Part shown: one piece after another, positions 1 to 12,473 of the stretch | Position numbering within the stretch: position 1 is the stretch's first letter | Layout of the letters: the number at the start of each line of letters is the position of its first letter | DNA from: Puccinia triticina | Lineage: Eukaryota | Assembly: GCA_026914245.1 (NCBI GenBank) | Contig: CP110440.1 | Coordinates: 434,001 to 498,000, forward strand | Reading direction: 5' to 3' | DNA length: 64,000 nt | Notes under the pieces: generated by a model | What the model saw: only the letters and a program-made list of their open reading frames with translations | What the model was told of the DNA's origin: nothing | Database searches by the model: none | Translations under genes and position numbers: made by a program

Positions 1-680
1 TCAACCTGAGTAAAAAACATGGGGCCACACTTTTGGGGAGGGCTTATTGACAGACCTGCATCAGGCCCGTCAGGGACCACCCAAAGCTGGTTCGGCCAAC
101 CCAGAAGTAGTATTGCTTAAGAATGCCCATATGATGTTTGAGAACAGCACCAATTGACCACTAATCAACAGAAGATATTGAAGGGCTTCTGACATCTGTG
201 CGACATTTGTGCACTCACAGAATGTATGTCCAGGCCCTTTCCTTCCCTTGGAAATCTGTTGGCCCATACGGGCCTGATGCAGGCCCGTCCAAAAAGCCTC
301 CCCAACAATGTGCCCCTAGGGTTTTTACTCAGTCTGACACATTTTTATTTCTTAGCTGAGCATATGCTTTCTTAACCAGGGCTACTCTTTCAATGGGCCC
401 AGTGGGCTTTGTGGGGCCCATGTGGGCCTCATTCAGGCCTGTCCAAAAAATCTCCCCAAAAATGTATCCCCATGTTTTTTATTCAGTTTGACCCATTTCA
501 CATTTTAGCAGAGCATTGGAATTCCAAACAATTACTACTTTTCCAATGGGCCCAACAGGCCTGTTAGGGGCCTATGCGGGCCTTGTAAAGGCCCGTCCAA
601 CAAATCACCCTAAAAATGTGCCCCATTGTTTTTTACTCAGTCTGACACATTTTTATTTTTTTGGCTGAGCACGCTCAGTT
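1..680. repeat. Degenerate ~150-bp repeat units, three direct and one inverted; probable TE subterminal region, cut by the window edge
   Basis: The unit gggcctgatgcaggcccgtccaaaaa...tttttactcagtctgacacattttta recurs near 270, 425 and 578. Positions 1-69 are its imperfect reverse complement. Confidence 0.7.
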
Positions 681-819
681 TGCATTTTTTTTCAGTACGG
701 AGTGATTTTTTTTCAATGATTTTCCCAACCTCAAACTTTGAGTATTTTTTTTGGGAAATTTAATTATCCTTGAAGTGGAAGGCACTTGCACGCAAGTGCT
801 GAGCAAACATCCGTGGTGC

Positions 820-2237
820 TTGGCGCTACAGTAGCGGAAAAAACCCTACTTTAGCAATTTTGCGGCGCTACTGTAGTGTCATTGAAATTTGAATCCTCAA
901 CATCACAAAGTGATGGAGGATTGCTGATTTATTGCCACTTTTAGCATTTTATACAGAAAAGCGGACTCTCCCGCTACGCTTTTGGCATGATTTTGGGCTC
1001 ATTCGCTATGCTTTTGGCGCTACAGAGCGCTTATAGCGCTGAAAAGCACCAATTCAGTTGCTACGCTCAGCTTTGGCAAAATTGGTGTGGTAAGCCAATC
1101 CTGAATATGGCACCAAAATCAAAGTCTTTTTCCCTCAATATAACCCTCTCTGGAACACTCAAGGCCCCACCTCCTCAAGAATCAATGCCAGGACAACTCA
1201 TACCCATCAACAGGCCCCCCATCCTCTCTTCACCCTTTTTTCTCCACCTCCTGGATACCCACCTACACCAACTTGACACTCCTCAGGCTCCCAGCTAGGC
1301 ACAAGTGGGAGAAAGTCACCCATCAGACAGAGCCAGACTATTAGGAAATACCCTGGATATTTATCATCTTTTCCTCCCTTCCCAATCCAGCATAACAACC
1401 CCATTTTGGAATTAGCCACACATGCAATAACCATAGAGATCCCATCTTGGTTAAACCCTTGTCTCCTTTGGTTTCAGCCCTTCCCTTTTCAGCCACTCAT
1501 ATGATATGTAATCCCTTTCTTCTCATGTTTCATTGTCTCTCCACATTCCAGCCTCATTCCAGAACTTTCCATCCCCATAGCATTTTTAGCCTCAGCCCCT
1601 TGATTGAGAATTTTCACTGTTTCATATTAGCATTTTTAGCCTCAGCCCCTTGATTGAGAATTTTCACTGTTTCATATTTTTTTCCAAACACAACTCAGCC
1701 CCATAAAATTTTGTCTATAGTCTGCCCTATTAGGCCCTACCTTTTGTTCCCCATCAGATTCTGTCCCAGCAATCCAGATCACTGGTCACCATTCACTAGC
1801 CTAGCTTATGCAATTAAATCAGAGTGGACGAGCATGATAAGTCTATGCCAAATATATCAGGTTGGAAAGACTTGATATTATCCTTGACTCCTACTATTAG
1901 ATTAGTATACCCATTAAAGTAAACCCTACAGACATACCTCAAGAATCTCCATAGCCACACCTTTCCTTAAGAGTCCATACTCTTATATTCTTTTTCTTGT
2001 TCCCCTGAGAGGCAGCCCTTCAAGCAACAAATTCCTCTCAAGCTCTATTCTTCCCTCAGAGTAGTTCCACAGCAGAAAAAAACCCGCTTTGCTACGCAGT
2101 TCAGATTTGTAGTAGCGGTGCCAGCGCTTCGCTACCGCTCAGTAGCGGTGCCGGCGCTTCGCTACCGCTCAGTAGCGGTTTTCCGCTATCAATATTGCTA
2201 ATCTGGATCTAGAGTAGCGGGTTTTGCTTTGCTACGC
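820..2237. mobile_element. Fragmented non-autonomous element rich in gtagcg/cgctac motifs; hosts later insertions
   Basis: gtagcg/cgctac motifs are dense at 820-1085 and 2072-2237, including a tandem gtagcggtgccRgcgcttcgctaccgctca. The LTR-like element at 1086-2071 splits it. Confidence 0.5.
1086..2071 (+). mobile_element. Solo-LTR-like element (TG...CA)
   Basis: Starts tgtggtaagc and ends agttccaca. Its 3' end (gcagcccttcaagca...agttccaca) matches the reverse complement of 46805-46870, and its 5' end resembles the reverse complement of the 9705 end of 8583-9705. It has an internal 50-bp tandem duplication at 1578-1677. No TSD is recognisable. Confidence 0.55.
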
Positions 2238-3164
2238 TGTGGTGGCCCATTTGGTTTACTGCTAGTCAGAAGAATTTTTGCTGCTGCCGCCAGCAAGATC
2301 AGCAAGTCTCAGATTCCTTCTCACCTTTCAAAATTTTCAATATTCAAGACTTCACGCCTCAAGACCCAAGATCCTCATTCATTCCCCAAGATCCTCAAAG
2401 TTTCATCTTCAAGAACCTCAAGATGTCCTCAAAAACCTCAAGCTTCAAGATTCAAGAATCCACACCTCAAGCTTTCAATCATGAAGACCTCAAGATCCTC
2501 AGCCTCTCAAGCTCTCAGTTTATTCCTCCCAATCATTCTCATCTTCTTCCCCAGTTTTATTTCCCCCTCTGGTCCACTCCCTTCAAATTCTTGGTCCCAA
2601 CACAGCATGAGCTGTGGGTTTGTCTCTTGTTTTGTCTGTGGTTTTGATTCTTCTTCTCTCTTTCTTCTCTTTCCACTGGTGGTTGATTGTTTTGTCTATC
2701 TGTCTGCCTCGTCTCTCTGGTTTCTCCTTTTTGTCTTGTGTTTTTGTTTTCTTTTCTTTTCCCCCTGTTTTCTGTTTTGTTGTGCGCGCATGTGGCGCGC
2801 AAGGAGATGATGAAATGTATGTGACAGGTCACCTCCCTGAGTCCAAGTTCGCCGAAATTGGATGATGGGAGAGGCATGGCATTCTGATCCAAGAAACAAG
2901 GCCATCACTTTTTCTGAATCATCATCAAGAGTCCCTTCCAAGAGTTGACCCCCCTCCCATCAAGAATCCCTTCCTAGATCCTTTCCCAAGAAACCAAACT
3001 GCTGCCAAGGATCTGAACCCCGGCGAAACAACTCAAAACCACTTCCACAGCTATCGATTTGTTATGAGCCGCGAGGACGCACCATAGCTTACCTCAGGGA
3101 CATGTTACATTGTACTCACATGTCACAGCTCCCATAATCATAAGGGAGCCGGGGAGAGATCATT

Positions 3165-4751
3165 TATGGTACTCAAAATTGCATATGCCACTGTTTACAT
3201 AAAATCATAAAGCCCATTTTGACTGGGAGATGTCAACGTGCATAAAACTTACGGACTTACTTCGCGCACTGCAAGAAACTCTTTGCGCACTGTGGGGGTC
3301 GTTGTCTCGACGTCCCGCCCCCAGTGCGCGCTTTCGCCACAGCTCTTTGCGCACTGTGCATTCCCCCCAAAAAACGGCTTGCATTTCTTGAGATATTTTT
3401 TGATGAATCAATAGAATGACTTTTTATGATCCCCCTAAAAAATAATCAAGTCATTTAGGGGTCTCCTTGAGCCTAGAGAAAATTGACATGAAAAAATCAT
3501 ATTTTAACGCGGCAGGGACCTGTAATACCGCTTCCTGCGCCCCAGTAGCCCCAAAAATTTCACAGTATCATGGTACATGTGCAAATTCATGACCTGATAA
3601 TTTTCAGAATTTTCACCAGCTTTCCTTTAGCCCAAATAGGTATTGCGTTTATTATTTTGCGTATATGTATAACTTTTTTGTTACACACAACAAAGGTACA
3701 AAATTTTGAGAGCACAGAGAAATATGCTTCAAATTAATTCCCTGAAATTCCTAGCAATATTGTGTCATTATAAAATGAGATATAAGGGGTGCGCAGCAGG
3801 CTTAGTAGGAAAATTACTGCTAACTGTATAGCTTTTTTGTTACACACCCAAACAGTTCCAAAATTTCAGAAATGTTTTCATTATGGATATTCTCCGCGCC
3901 ATAAATTTCTTGGCAATAGTGTGTCATGATAACATGAGATATAAGGGGTGCACGGCGGGCTTAGTAGGAAAATGGCGGCTACATGTATAGATTTTTTGTT
4001 ACACGCTGAAACAGTCTGAAATTTTCAGGAATGTTTCAATTTTGCATATTCTCCGCGCCATAAAGCTCTTAGCAATAGTGTGTCATTAAAACATGAGATA
4101 AGTTAGCAGTCATTTTCCAACTAAGCCCGCCGCACTACATCTCATGTTATCATGACACACTATTGCGAAGAAATTTATGGCGCGGAGAATATCCACAATG
4201 AAAACATTTCTGAAATTTTGGGACTGTTTGGGTGTGTAACAAAAAAGCTATACAGTTAGCAGTAATTTTCCTACTAAGCCTGCCGCGCACCCCTTATATC
4301 TCTGGGAAAAATTCCGAAAATTATCAGGTCATGAATTTGCACATGTGCCATGATACTGTGAAATTTTTGGGGCTACTGGGGCACAGGAAGCGATATTACA
4401 GGTCCCTGCCGCGTTAAAATATGATTTTTTCATGTCAATTTTCTCTAGGCTCAAGGAGACCCCTAAATGACTTGATTATTTTTTAGGGGGATCATAAAAA
4501 GCCATTCTATTGATTCATCAAAAAATATCTCAAGAAATGCAAGCCGTTTTTTTGGCGGAAAATGCAGTGCGCAAAGAGCCGTGGCAGAAGCGCGCACTGG
4601 GGGCTGGACGTCAAGACAACGACCCCCACAGTGCGCGAAGAGTTTTCTGCAGTGCGCGAAGTAAGTCCAAAAACTTAAAGTGACATCTCCCAGCCAAAAT
4701 CGCAGTTTATGATTTTATGTAAAAAAATCTTATGCAATTTTGAATACCATA
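3165..4751. mobile_element. Non-autonomous TIR element of the TAWGGT-terminus, 3-bp-TSD family, inserted in the 5' LTR
   Basis: TIR tatggtactcaaaattgcata / tatgcaattttgaataccata. TSD att/act. The empty site (gatcattagcc) is visible in the 3' LTR. Confidence 0.9.
3252..4669. mobile_element. Foldback element with long TIRs and an 8-bp TSD
   Basis: Termini cggacttacttcgcgcactgc / gcagtgcgcgaagtaagtcca. About 370-bp outer inverted arms plus inner inverted and tandem blocks. TSD aaaactta at 3244-3251 and 4670-4677. Confidence 0.9.
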
Positions 4752-5210
4752 ACTAGCCTTTCCCCATTCAGCAATCTACATAATCATTGCACAAGACCCA
4801 GACAGCGCCTCCTTCCCCACCACGACCATTACATATTGCTGAATCACTATACAGGGGACAAGGCTAGAACCAAACAGACCAGACAGAATCAGAAACCGAT
4901 AAACCAACCGAACCAGAACCTAGAAAACCAGAACAACACCAATCCCATGGCCGACAAAGTCAAAGCACTACGCCTCAGGGTCGATCAACTTGCGACCACA
5001 ATCCAAGAAGAAAGAGCTCTGCAACAGCGAGCCAAAGGCGAGCTGGACTAGCCGCCCCCGTCGCCGTACCCATTGTCCCACCTATGGCCCCGGAGCAACA
5101 ACAAGGCTCACTACCAAACCCAGCCGGAGCCCCAGCAAAAGGACCCAAAGTCGGAGTCCCAGAAAATTTTGACGGCACGCGCGGCGCGAAGGCTGAGTTC
5201 TACGTGACGC

Positions 5211-6004
5211 TATGGAGCTCCGTCCGGTGCTAGGCCGACGGCAGCGCTGGGAGGGGAAAAAGTGCCTGGTGGCTGCCCTCACGGATGGTCCAGTAGAAAA
5301 GCCGTAGAGATTCGAATGGATAGCATAGTGGAAGTGGTTTTGAAGTTGTTTCGCCGGGGTTTTGATCCTCGGCGGCGGTTGTGTTGGTTTGCAAAAAGGA
5401 TTCTGGGAAAGGACTCTGGGGATTCTTTGGACTCGGATTCGGGAAAAGATTGATGAATTGATAACCCCTGACTTGGATCAGAGCAGGTGCTATGGCCTCC
5501 TATCCTCCAAGTTTGCTGGGAACTTGGATTCCTGGAGGCCTGTCACAGACATGTCATCATCTCCTCGCGCGCCGTGCGCGCGCACACACCACAGACAACA
5601 ACACAAAGAAAGAAAAGAAAACACAAAACAAAAGAGACACAGGCCAGACACCCAGGTGAAACAAAAGACAATCAACAGATGAGAATAAATAAGACAACAG
5701 GAAGAGAACCAAAAAAATAGAGGAAAACATAAGAAAATAAGAATAAACCCACAAAAGCAAGAACTGTGTGTTAGGACCAAGAAATGAGAAGATTGACTTG
5801 ATAGGAAAGAGAGACTATCAAGAAAAGAAGATGGGGGGAAAAAAAAAGGAAAAGGTGAGGGAACAGAGCAGGAAAGGAGGCTGGGAATAAGAATCTGAAG
5901 TCATGGGGATTGAAGCTTGGAGGTCCTGAAACTGAAACTTGACGTCTGATGCCGGTGAGAGCGGAAACTGAGAACTGATCTTGACCACCGTATTGGTCAC
6001 CACA
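5211..6004 (+). mobile_element. Family-B solo-LTR-like element inserted in gag
   Basis: Removing it and one acgc copy restores the gag reading AEFYV-TQVGLYVLSNP. Ends gtcaccaca. Homologous to 2238-12585 and 14828-16605. Confidence 0.85.
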
Positions 6005-7205
6005 ACGCAGGTAGGCCTCTACGTCCTTTCAAACCCTCAAATGTTTCCAGACAATCGTAGCCAGGTCATATTTTCCATATCCTATTTGACCAGCCAAGCG
6101 AGTACGTGGGCCCAACCCTTCACGACAAGGATCTTTGCAGGCCAGCCAGTCACTTACATGGAGTTCGCCACGGCCTTCCAAATGATGTTCTACAGCACCG
6201 AACAACGGCCAAGGGCGGAGAAGGCGCTACGGGCGTTGAAGCAAACAAAATCCGTGGCCCATTACACGTTTCAATTCAACCAGCACGCTACCAACACAGG
6301 GTGGGAGAAGTCGACCTTGATGAGCCAGTATTAAAAGGGGCTCAAGAAGGATATCCGCCTTGCGCTAGTCCTTGCTCGCGTTCAGTTCCGAGAGCTCGTT
6401 GACCTCAGTAACCTAGCGTTGAAGATTGATAACGAGATAAACAGCGCCGACCCAACCTACCCCGGCCCATCCACTTCCACAACCGCCAACCCAAACACCA
6501 TGGATCTCTCAGCGCTGCAGGGACACTTTTTGGGGAAGGATAAGGCTGAGATGATGAGGGCGGGACTATGCTTCCACTGCGGCAAACAAGGCCACATCGC
6601 GAGGGAATGCCCGAAGAAAGCAAAGGGAAAAGGCAAAGCGGCGGCCCAAATTGCGGAATTGGAGGAGGAGGTTCGACGTTTGACGGCGGACACGGGAACA
6701 AGCGGTAGTGCAGGCCGGGCGGAGGGCTCAAAAAATGGTGCTGCTCAGGAGTGAAGGTTGTGCCTCCCCCGAGCAGCAGGGATCTTGTAGTAGCTGAGTT
6801 TGGAACAAGTAGCATTATCACATCTAATACTACCAACCCCCGGATGTTTCTCTCTTTAGTAATCAAACCACTACATTTTCTCCTAGCCACAACCCCCCGC
6901 GCCACATTCCTTGTCAACTCAGGAGCCACACACAATGTCGTGAGCAACAACTTCATTTGTAAGACAGAGCTGCAGTGCAGGCCCTCGTCAACCGTGAGAA
7001 CGATATCGGGGTTTGATGGATCAACCAGCCAAACCTTGCGTGAAATCAATCTGGTCATTGATACCGACCTAACACCGACTACATTTATTGTTGCCAAATT
7101 GAAAGACTCATACGATGGAATCCTAGGAATACCCTGGATCCGGCGGTTCGGACACCTCAGCAACTGGAGGGATTGTTGTATCCGCACACCAACCCCAACC
7201 ACCAA

Positions 7206-7930
7206 GGGCCTCATCGCAACCGCAGAAGCGGTTTTGTCTTATCCAAAAAACACCTCCACCGACGGGGAGGAGCCCGTAGGGAGGCAAGCGAGGATAATTG
7301 ACAAGGGGGTGCGCACTACGTGCGGGATAACACCACCGCGATGTGAGTCCACTTCCCTCCACTCTATAATCCCGTTGTTAAGTACAACTGGCAAGCGGAT
7401 ACATATGTTAGAACCCCAGACCAAAGGAACGCCATCCTCTACGCCACCGCCGGGCCTTATCGCGACCGCTGGGCCTCATTGCGACCGCCGACGCGGTTTT
7501 TTCTTGTCCAGAAAAATCCTCCAGCGACGGGGAGGAGCCTGTAGGGAGGCAAGCAAGGACAATTGACGAGGGGGTGCGCACTTTGTGCGGTATGACACCC
7601 CCACGATGTGAGTCCCCTAACCCCCACCCTCCAGTCGTCTTGTTAAGTACAACTGGAAAGCGGATAAATCTGTTAGAACCCCAGATCAATGGAACGCCAA
7701 CTCCTACAACACCACCGGGCCTCATCACAACCGCCGACGCGGTTTTGTCTTATCCAAAAAAAACCTCCAACAACGTGGAGGAGCCCGTAGGGAGGCAAGC
7801 AAGGATAATTGACGAGGGGGTGCGCACTTTGTGCGGGATAACACCCCCGCAATGTGAGTCCATCACCCTTCCCTACCCATATGAGATGTTAGGGACAACT
7901 GGCAAGCGGGTACCTCTCCTAGAACCCCTG
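7206..7930 (+). repeat. Tandem triplication (~250 bp) in the protease-RT linker
   Basis: Units start gggcctcatYRcRaccgc at 7206, 7471 and 7717. Each encodes a variant of EEPVGRQARIIDEGVRTLCGITPPRCES. Confidence 0.9.
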
Positions 7931-8582
7931 AATACGGACGATGTTTGCGCAGCCAAGACTTCCTGGTCCAAATCAGCGCATCTAGCGGCCCAGGCAAAGA
8001 AGACGGCAGACAAGCTAGTACCATGCTGTTACCACCGGTACCTTGAGATGTTCCGTAAGAAGGATGCCCAAAGACTCCCACCTCAACGCAAGTACAATTT
8101 TAGGGTTGATCTTGTACTGGACGCGGTTCCCCAAGCCAGTCAAATTATCCTGTTATCCCCAGCGGAGAATGAGGCCCTAGACACGTTGATTAGAGAGGGA
8201 CTAGAGCACGGCACCATTCGGCGGACGACCTTGCCTTGGGCGGCCCCTGTCCTATTTACGGGAAAGAAGGACGGCAACTTACGGCCATGCTTTGACTACA
8301 GGAAGTTGAATGCCGTCACCGTGAAAAATAAATATCCACTACCACTCACCATGGACCTAGTTGATAGCCTCCTTGACGCGGATACTTTCACAAAGCTGGC
8401 TCTGCGGAAAGCCTACGGGAACTTGAGAGTAGCCAAAGGGGATGAGGATAAACTTGCCTTTATCTGTAAGGCAGGCAAATTTGCACCGCTGACAATGCCT
8501 TTTGGCCCGACTGGAGCTCCAGGTTTTTTTCAATATTTTATTCAAGATATACTGCTTGGGCGCATTCGGGTAGACACCGCGG

Positions 8583-9705
8583 TGTAAAGCTCAAAAGTGT
8601 TCCTGAGAACCTTTTGCTGAGTGCGGAAAGGGATGTATGAGGAAACCTCTGCCTTTCCTGGTTCACTAGACACTAAAACAAGCCCACCAATCTCAGATTG
8701 GCAGGTTTAATGTAGTGATAGTGGAGTGTTATCAAAAGATAACTGTTTTTATAAAGTGGGTGTGATGAAGTTGCTAAAATGTGTTATGAGTGGGGAGTCT
8801 GGATTTAAAACAGGTGATAGATGGTCAAAGAGGACCCCTCAGAGGTTTGTGTTATGTAATGTGAGTGTTGTGTAGAGTTGTTATTTCGTGTGTAAGCGTT
8901 TTGTAATGTGTGTAAAACCAAAATATAGGGTGACTGGTATATTGTGGAGTGAGCAGTTGTGTACTTTGTTATAGGGGAAACTGAGTGCAGGTAGTCTGCT
9001 GGGGGAAAGTTACAACAGGGGAGGAGAGCCTCCTTTTATAGACAACAGTGAGGGATTTTCAGCTCCAGAGGAGCTCCACATGAGATATTTTAGCTAGGTA
9101 CATGAGGGTTTTTGGCTAGTACACATACTGAATGGGTGAATGTGATTGGTCAGGACATTACAGGTGATTATGGGTTATGACATGCAGGCTGAATCAGGGG
9201 GTGTGATTGGTCAGGACAGGATGTTAGTGTAGTCATGCTGTAACCAGGTCACCTGCTGTTGTTATGCAACAAAAATCCACTAGTGCATGCAGCTAGTGCA
9301 TGCAGCTATCACATGCAGCTAGCACCTGCATGAGTGCCTGCATGTGTAGACTGTATGTATGTAAGTGATGATGCAGCTATGTGTAAATATGTATGTAGCT
9401 ATGTATGTAACCGTGTGTGTAACTAAGTGTTGTAAATGTGGATTGTGTAACTGTTTGAGGTTGTAAGGGGTATTGTGAGTGTGTAAGAGTATGTAACTTC
9501 TGAGTGAGTGCCCTTATGAGTGTTCTGTAAGGCAAGACTAGGGGTGAATTTGTCCCTAGAAACTGAATCTTGAGGAATATTATCTTGAGGAATATTAAGT
9601 GATTGATAAGAGGAAAAGGGAGATTAGGAGTAAAACTAATAGAAATAAGAAAGAAAAGCAGAAAATTTTTATTTTGGTATATGGGATACCATAAAGCATA
9701 CCACA
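8583..9705 (-). mobile_element. Solo LTR (1123 bp) inserted just before the RT YxDD motif
   Basis: Termini tgtaaag...ataccaca. 4-bp TSD gcgg. Removal restores DTAAYLDNIMIY. A TATA-like tctataaaagg lies on the minus strand near 9032-9042. Confidence 0.88.
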
Positions 9706-12289
9706 GCGGCCTATTTGGACAACATTATGATTTACACGCAGAAGGGGTCCGACCACAAGGAAGCAGTCAGTAGTATCCTGGAAATACTGAGCAAGCACAC
9801 TCTCTGGTTGAAACCAGAAAAATGCAAATTCTCACGGACCGAAGTGGAATATCTGGGGCTGCTGATCTTGTGTAACCGTCTACGTATGGATCCCACAAAG
9901 GTCCAAGCCGTGACTGATTTGCCGAGGCCCGTTAATGTGACCAAGATGCAACGCTTCATTGGGTTTGCAAACTTCTATAGGAGGTTCATTGACCACTTCT
10001 CAAGCACCACCCAACCCCTCCACGACTTGACCAAGGCAAGAACCCGATTCACGTGGGACAAGAGGTTTCAGATGGTGTTTGACTCACTGGAAACGGCTTT
10101 CACCACAGCACCCGTTCTGAAAATCGCCAATCCATACCAACCATTTATACTGGAGTGCAATTGTTCCGACTTCGCACTAGGGGCGGTGCTGTCGCAAGTA
10201 TGTGACAAAGACCACAAACTTCACCCAGTTGCTTATTTGTCCCAATCCCTCATTCAGGCCAAACGTAATTATGAAATATTTGATAAGGAACTTCTGGCAA
10301 TAGTGGCTTCATTTAAGGAATGGTGTCATTACCTGGAAGGCAACCCCAACAGACTCAAGGCAATCGTCTACACCAATCACCGCAACTTAGAGAGCTTTAT
10401 GACGACTAAGAATCTGACGCGCCGGCAAGCACAATGGGCGGAGATAATGGGATGTTTTGATTTCAACATTGTGTTCAGGCCCGGCGGACAAACAACAAAA
10501 CCTGACGCACTATTGCGCCGACATGGGAGGATAAGCTCACATTTGGGCAGCTGCTCCGGCCGGATAACATCACACTGCAGACATTCGCGGAGGTGGCCAA
10601 GATAGACAAGTGGTTCCTCGATGAGGCCATTGAACTGGACAACGCCAGCCGTTGATTTGAGATCAACATCCTGGGAATCTCCGAGGTAGAGGGGGACGGG
10701 CATGTCATGTCAGACACAGAGCTGATAAGTCTTATCCGTAAGGCTACACAAACCAACAGGAGACTGACCAAAATGATCGATGCATGTCGACATGAACCGG
10801 CCAACCAGAAGCGGGGATCTTCCAGATTGTTGGAGCACAACGGTGTCCTGTATAACAAAGGGGTCGTCCAAGTTCCGGCGGATGACTTCATCAAAACCAA
10901 GATTCTACGCAGCCGTCACGACTGTAGGTTGGCAGGCCACCCGGGGAGATTCAAGACCCTATCTCTAGTCCGGCGCTGCTTCAACTGGCCAGGGGCAAAG
11001 AAATTTGTTAACAACTACGTCGATGGATGCGAGTCGTGCCAAAGAGTCAAGCCGTTGACGCAGAAGCCTTTTGGAACACTTACACCGTTACCAATACCGG
11101 CGGGCCCATGGACCAATATCACATACAATCTGATCACCAACCTACCATTGTCAAACAACTGCAACAGTATACTGACAGTGGTAGACCAACTAACTAAAAT
11201 GTGCCATTTTGTGGCCTGTCGGAAGGACATGATGGCGGACGGCTTAGCAGATCTAATGCTCAGGAAAATATAGCGGCTACATGGCACACCCAAAACCATC
11301 GTATCAGACAGGGGCAGTATTTTTGTTTCACAAGTGACATGGGAGCTGAGCAAACAACTAGGAATCCAACTATGTCCGTTGACTGCGTATCACCCTTGCA
11401 CTGACGGCCAATCAGAAATTTTTAACAAAGCGTTCAAGCAGTTCTTACAACACTTTGTTGGGTACCAGCAAGACGATTGGGAATCTCTATTGGTGATGGC
11501 GGAATTTTCCTACAATAACAACACTCATATTTTGACCGGCATGTCACCTTTCCGGGCGAATTCCGGGTTTGACTTGACTTACGGCAGAATACCTTCAGAG
11601 GATCAGTGCGTGCCAATCATGGAGGAGCGGATGAGGAAGTTGAATCAGGTCCAGGAAGAATTGAAGGCAGCCCTTGAGGAAGCGCAGACCACCATGAAAG
11701 CCCAGTTCGACAAAGGCGTCAGGGAAACACCGTACTGGAAGCCAGGGGACGCGGTTTGGCTAAACAGCAAGCACATTTCCACAACACGACCCAGCCCAAA
11801 ATTGTGCCACAAATGGCTAGGACCATTTTCTATTTCTGACCAGATTTCACCGTTGGTGTATAAGCTGAAACTCCCTCTTTCAATGCGGGGAGTACACCCT
11901 GTATTCCATGTATCAGTCCTTAGAAAGCATAAACCAGATACAATAACTGGACGTGGCGCGGAAAAGCCAACGCCGGTCATGGTGGAAGGGGAAGAGGAAT
12001 GGGAGGCGGAAGAAATACTGGATTGCAGGCAGAGGGGGATTAAGACCAAATATCTCATTGCGTGGAAGGGCTACGGTCCGGAGGACAACTCTTGGGAGCC
12101 GGAGAGCAATCTTGGCCATTGCAAGGAACTACTCAAGGGATTTTTGCGGAGGTTCCCGGAGGCGGCGCAACAACACAAGAGGAAAAGGAGGTTTAAATGA
12201 TGGGTCAAGCTTTTTTACCCACGTGGTTTTTTTAATGCTACCCAGGGGAGGACGCAGAGCCGGGGGCTTGGGCGTTAAGGGCGGGGTAA

Positions 12290-12473
12290 TGTTATGAGCC
12301 GCGAGGACGCGCCATAGCTTACCTCAGGGACATGTTACATTGTACTCACATGTCACAGCTCCCATAATCATAAGGGAGCCGGGGAGAGATCATTAGCCTT
12401 TCCCCATTCAGAAATCTACATAATCATTGCACAAGACCCAGACAGCGCCTCCTTCCCCACCACGACCATTACA
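12290..12473 (+). repeat. 3' LTR, intact, 184 bp
   Basis: tgttatgagcc...gaccattaca, preceded by the polypurine tract. Confidence 0.97.

Larger units (their letters stand above)
3060..4833 (+). repeat. 5' LTR, split by an insertion (3060-3164 plus 4752-4833)
   Basis: Matches 12290-12473 once 3165-4751 and one TSD copy are removed. Confidence 0.95.
4947..12200 (+). pseudogene. Chromovirus gag-pol, disrupted
   Basis: Gag with CCHC knuckle CFHCGKQGHIAREC. Protease FLVNSGAT. RT (LRPCFDYRKLN, MPFG, YLDN). RNase H (NYEIFDKELLAIV). Integrase HHCC, core and GPF motif. Chromodomain EWEAEEILD...YLIAWKGYGPEDNSWEP. Multiple stops, frameshifts and two insertions. Confidence 0.95.
3060..12473 (+). mobile_element. 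Full-length, decayed Ty3/Gypsy chromovirus LTR retrotransposon
   Basis: Near-identical 184-bp TG...CA LTRs. 5-bp TSD cgatt/caatt (1 mismatch). Polypurine tract aagggcggggtaa before the 3' LTR. Domain order gag-PR-RT-RH-IN-chromodomain. Confidence 0.97.

Noticed and set aside
2067..2242. Apparent MITE with ccacagc/gctgtgg termini
   Set aside because: Both ends are explained by the termini of the adjacent TG...CA elements (ending 2071, starting 2238), and there is no TSD.
2229..2941. Hydrophobic Phe/Leu/Cys-rich membrane-like ORFs (also 5490-5780 and 14727-15219)
   Set aside because: They arise from the T/C-rich tract of family B, and the frames are not conserved between copies.
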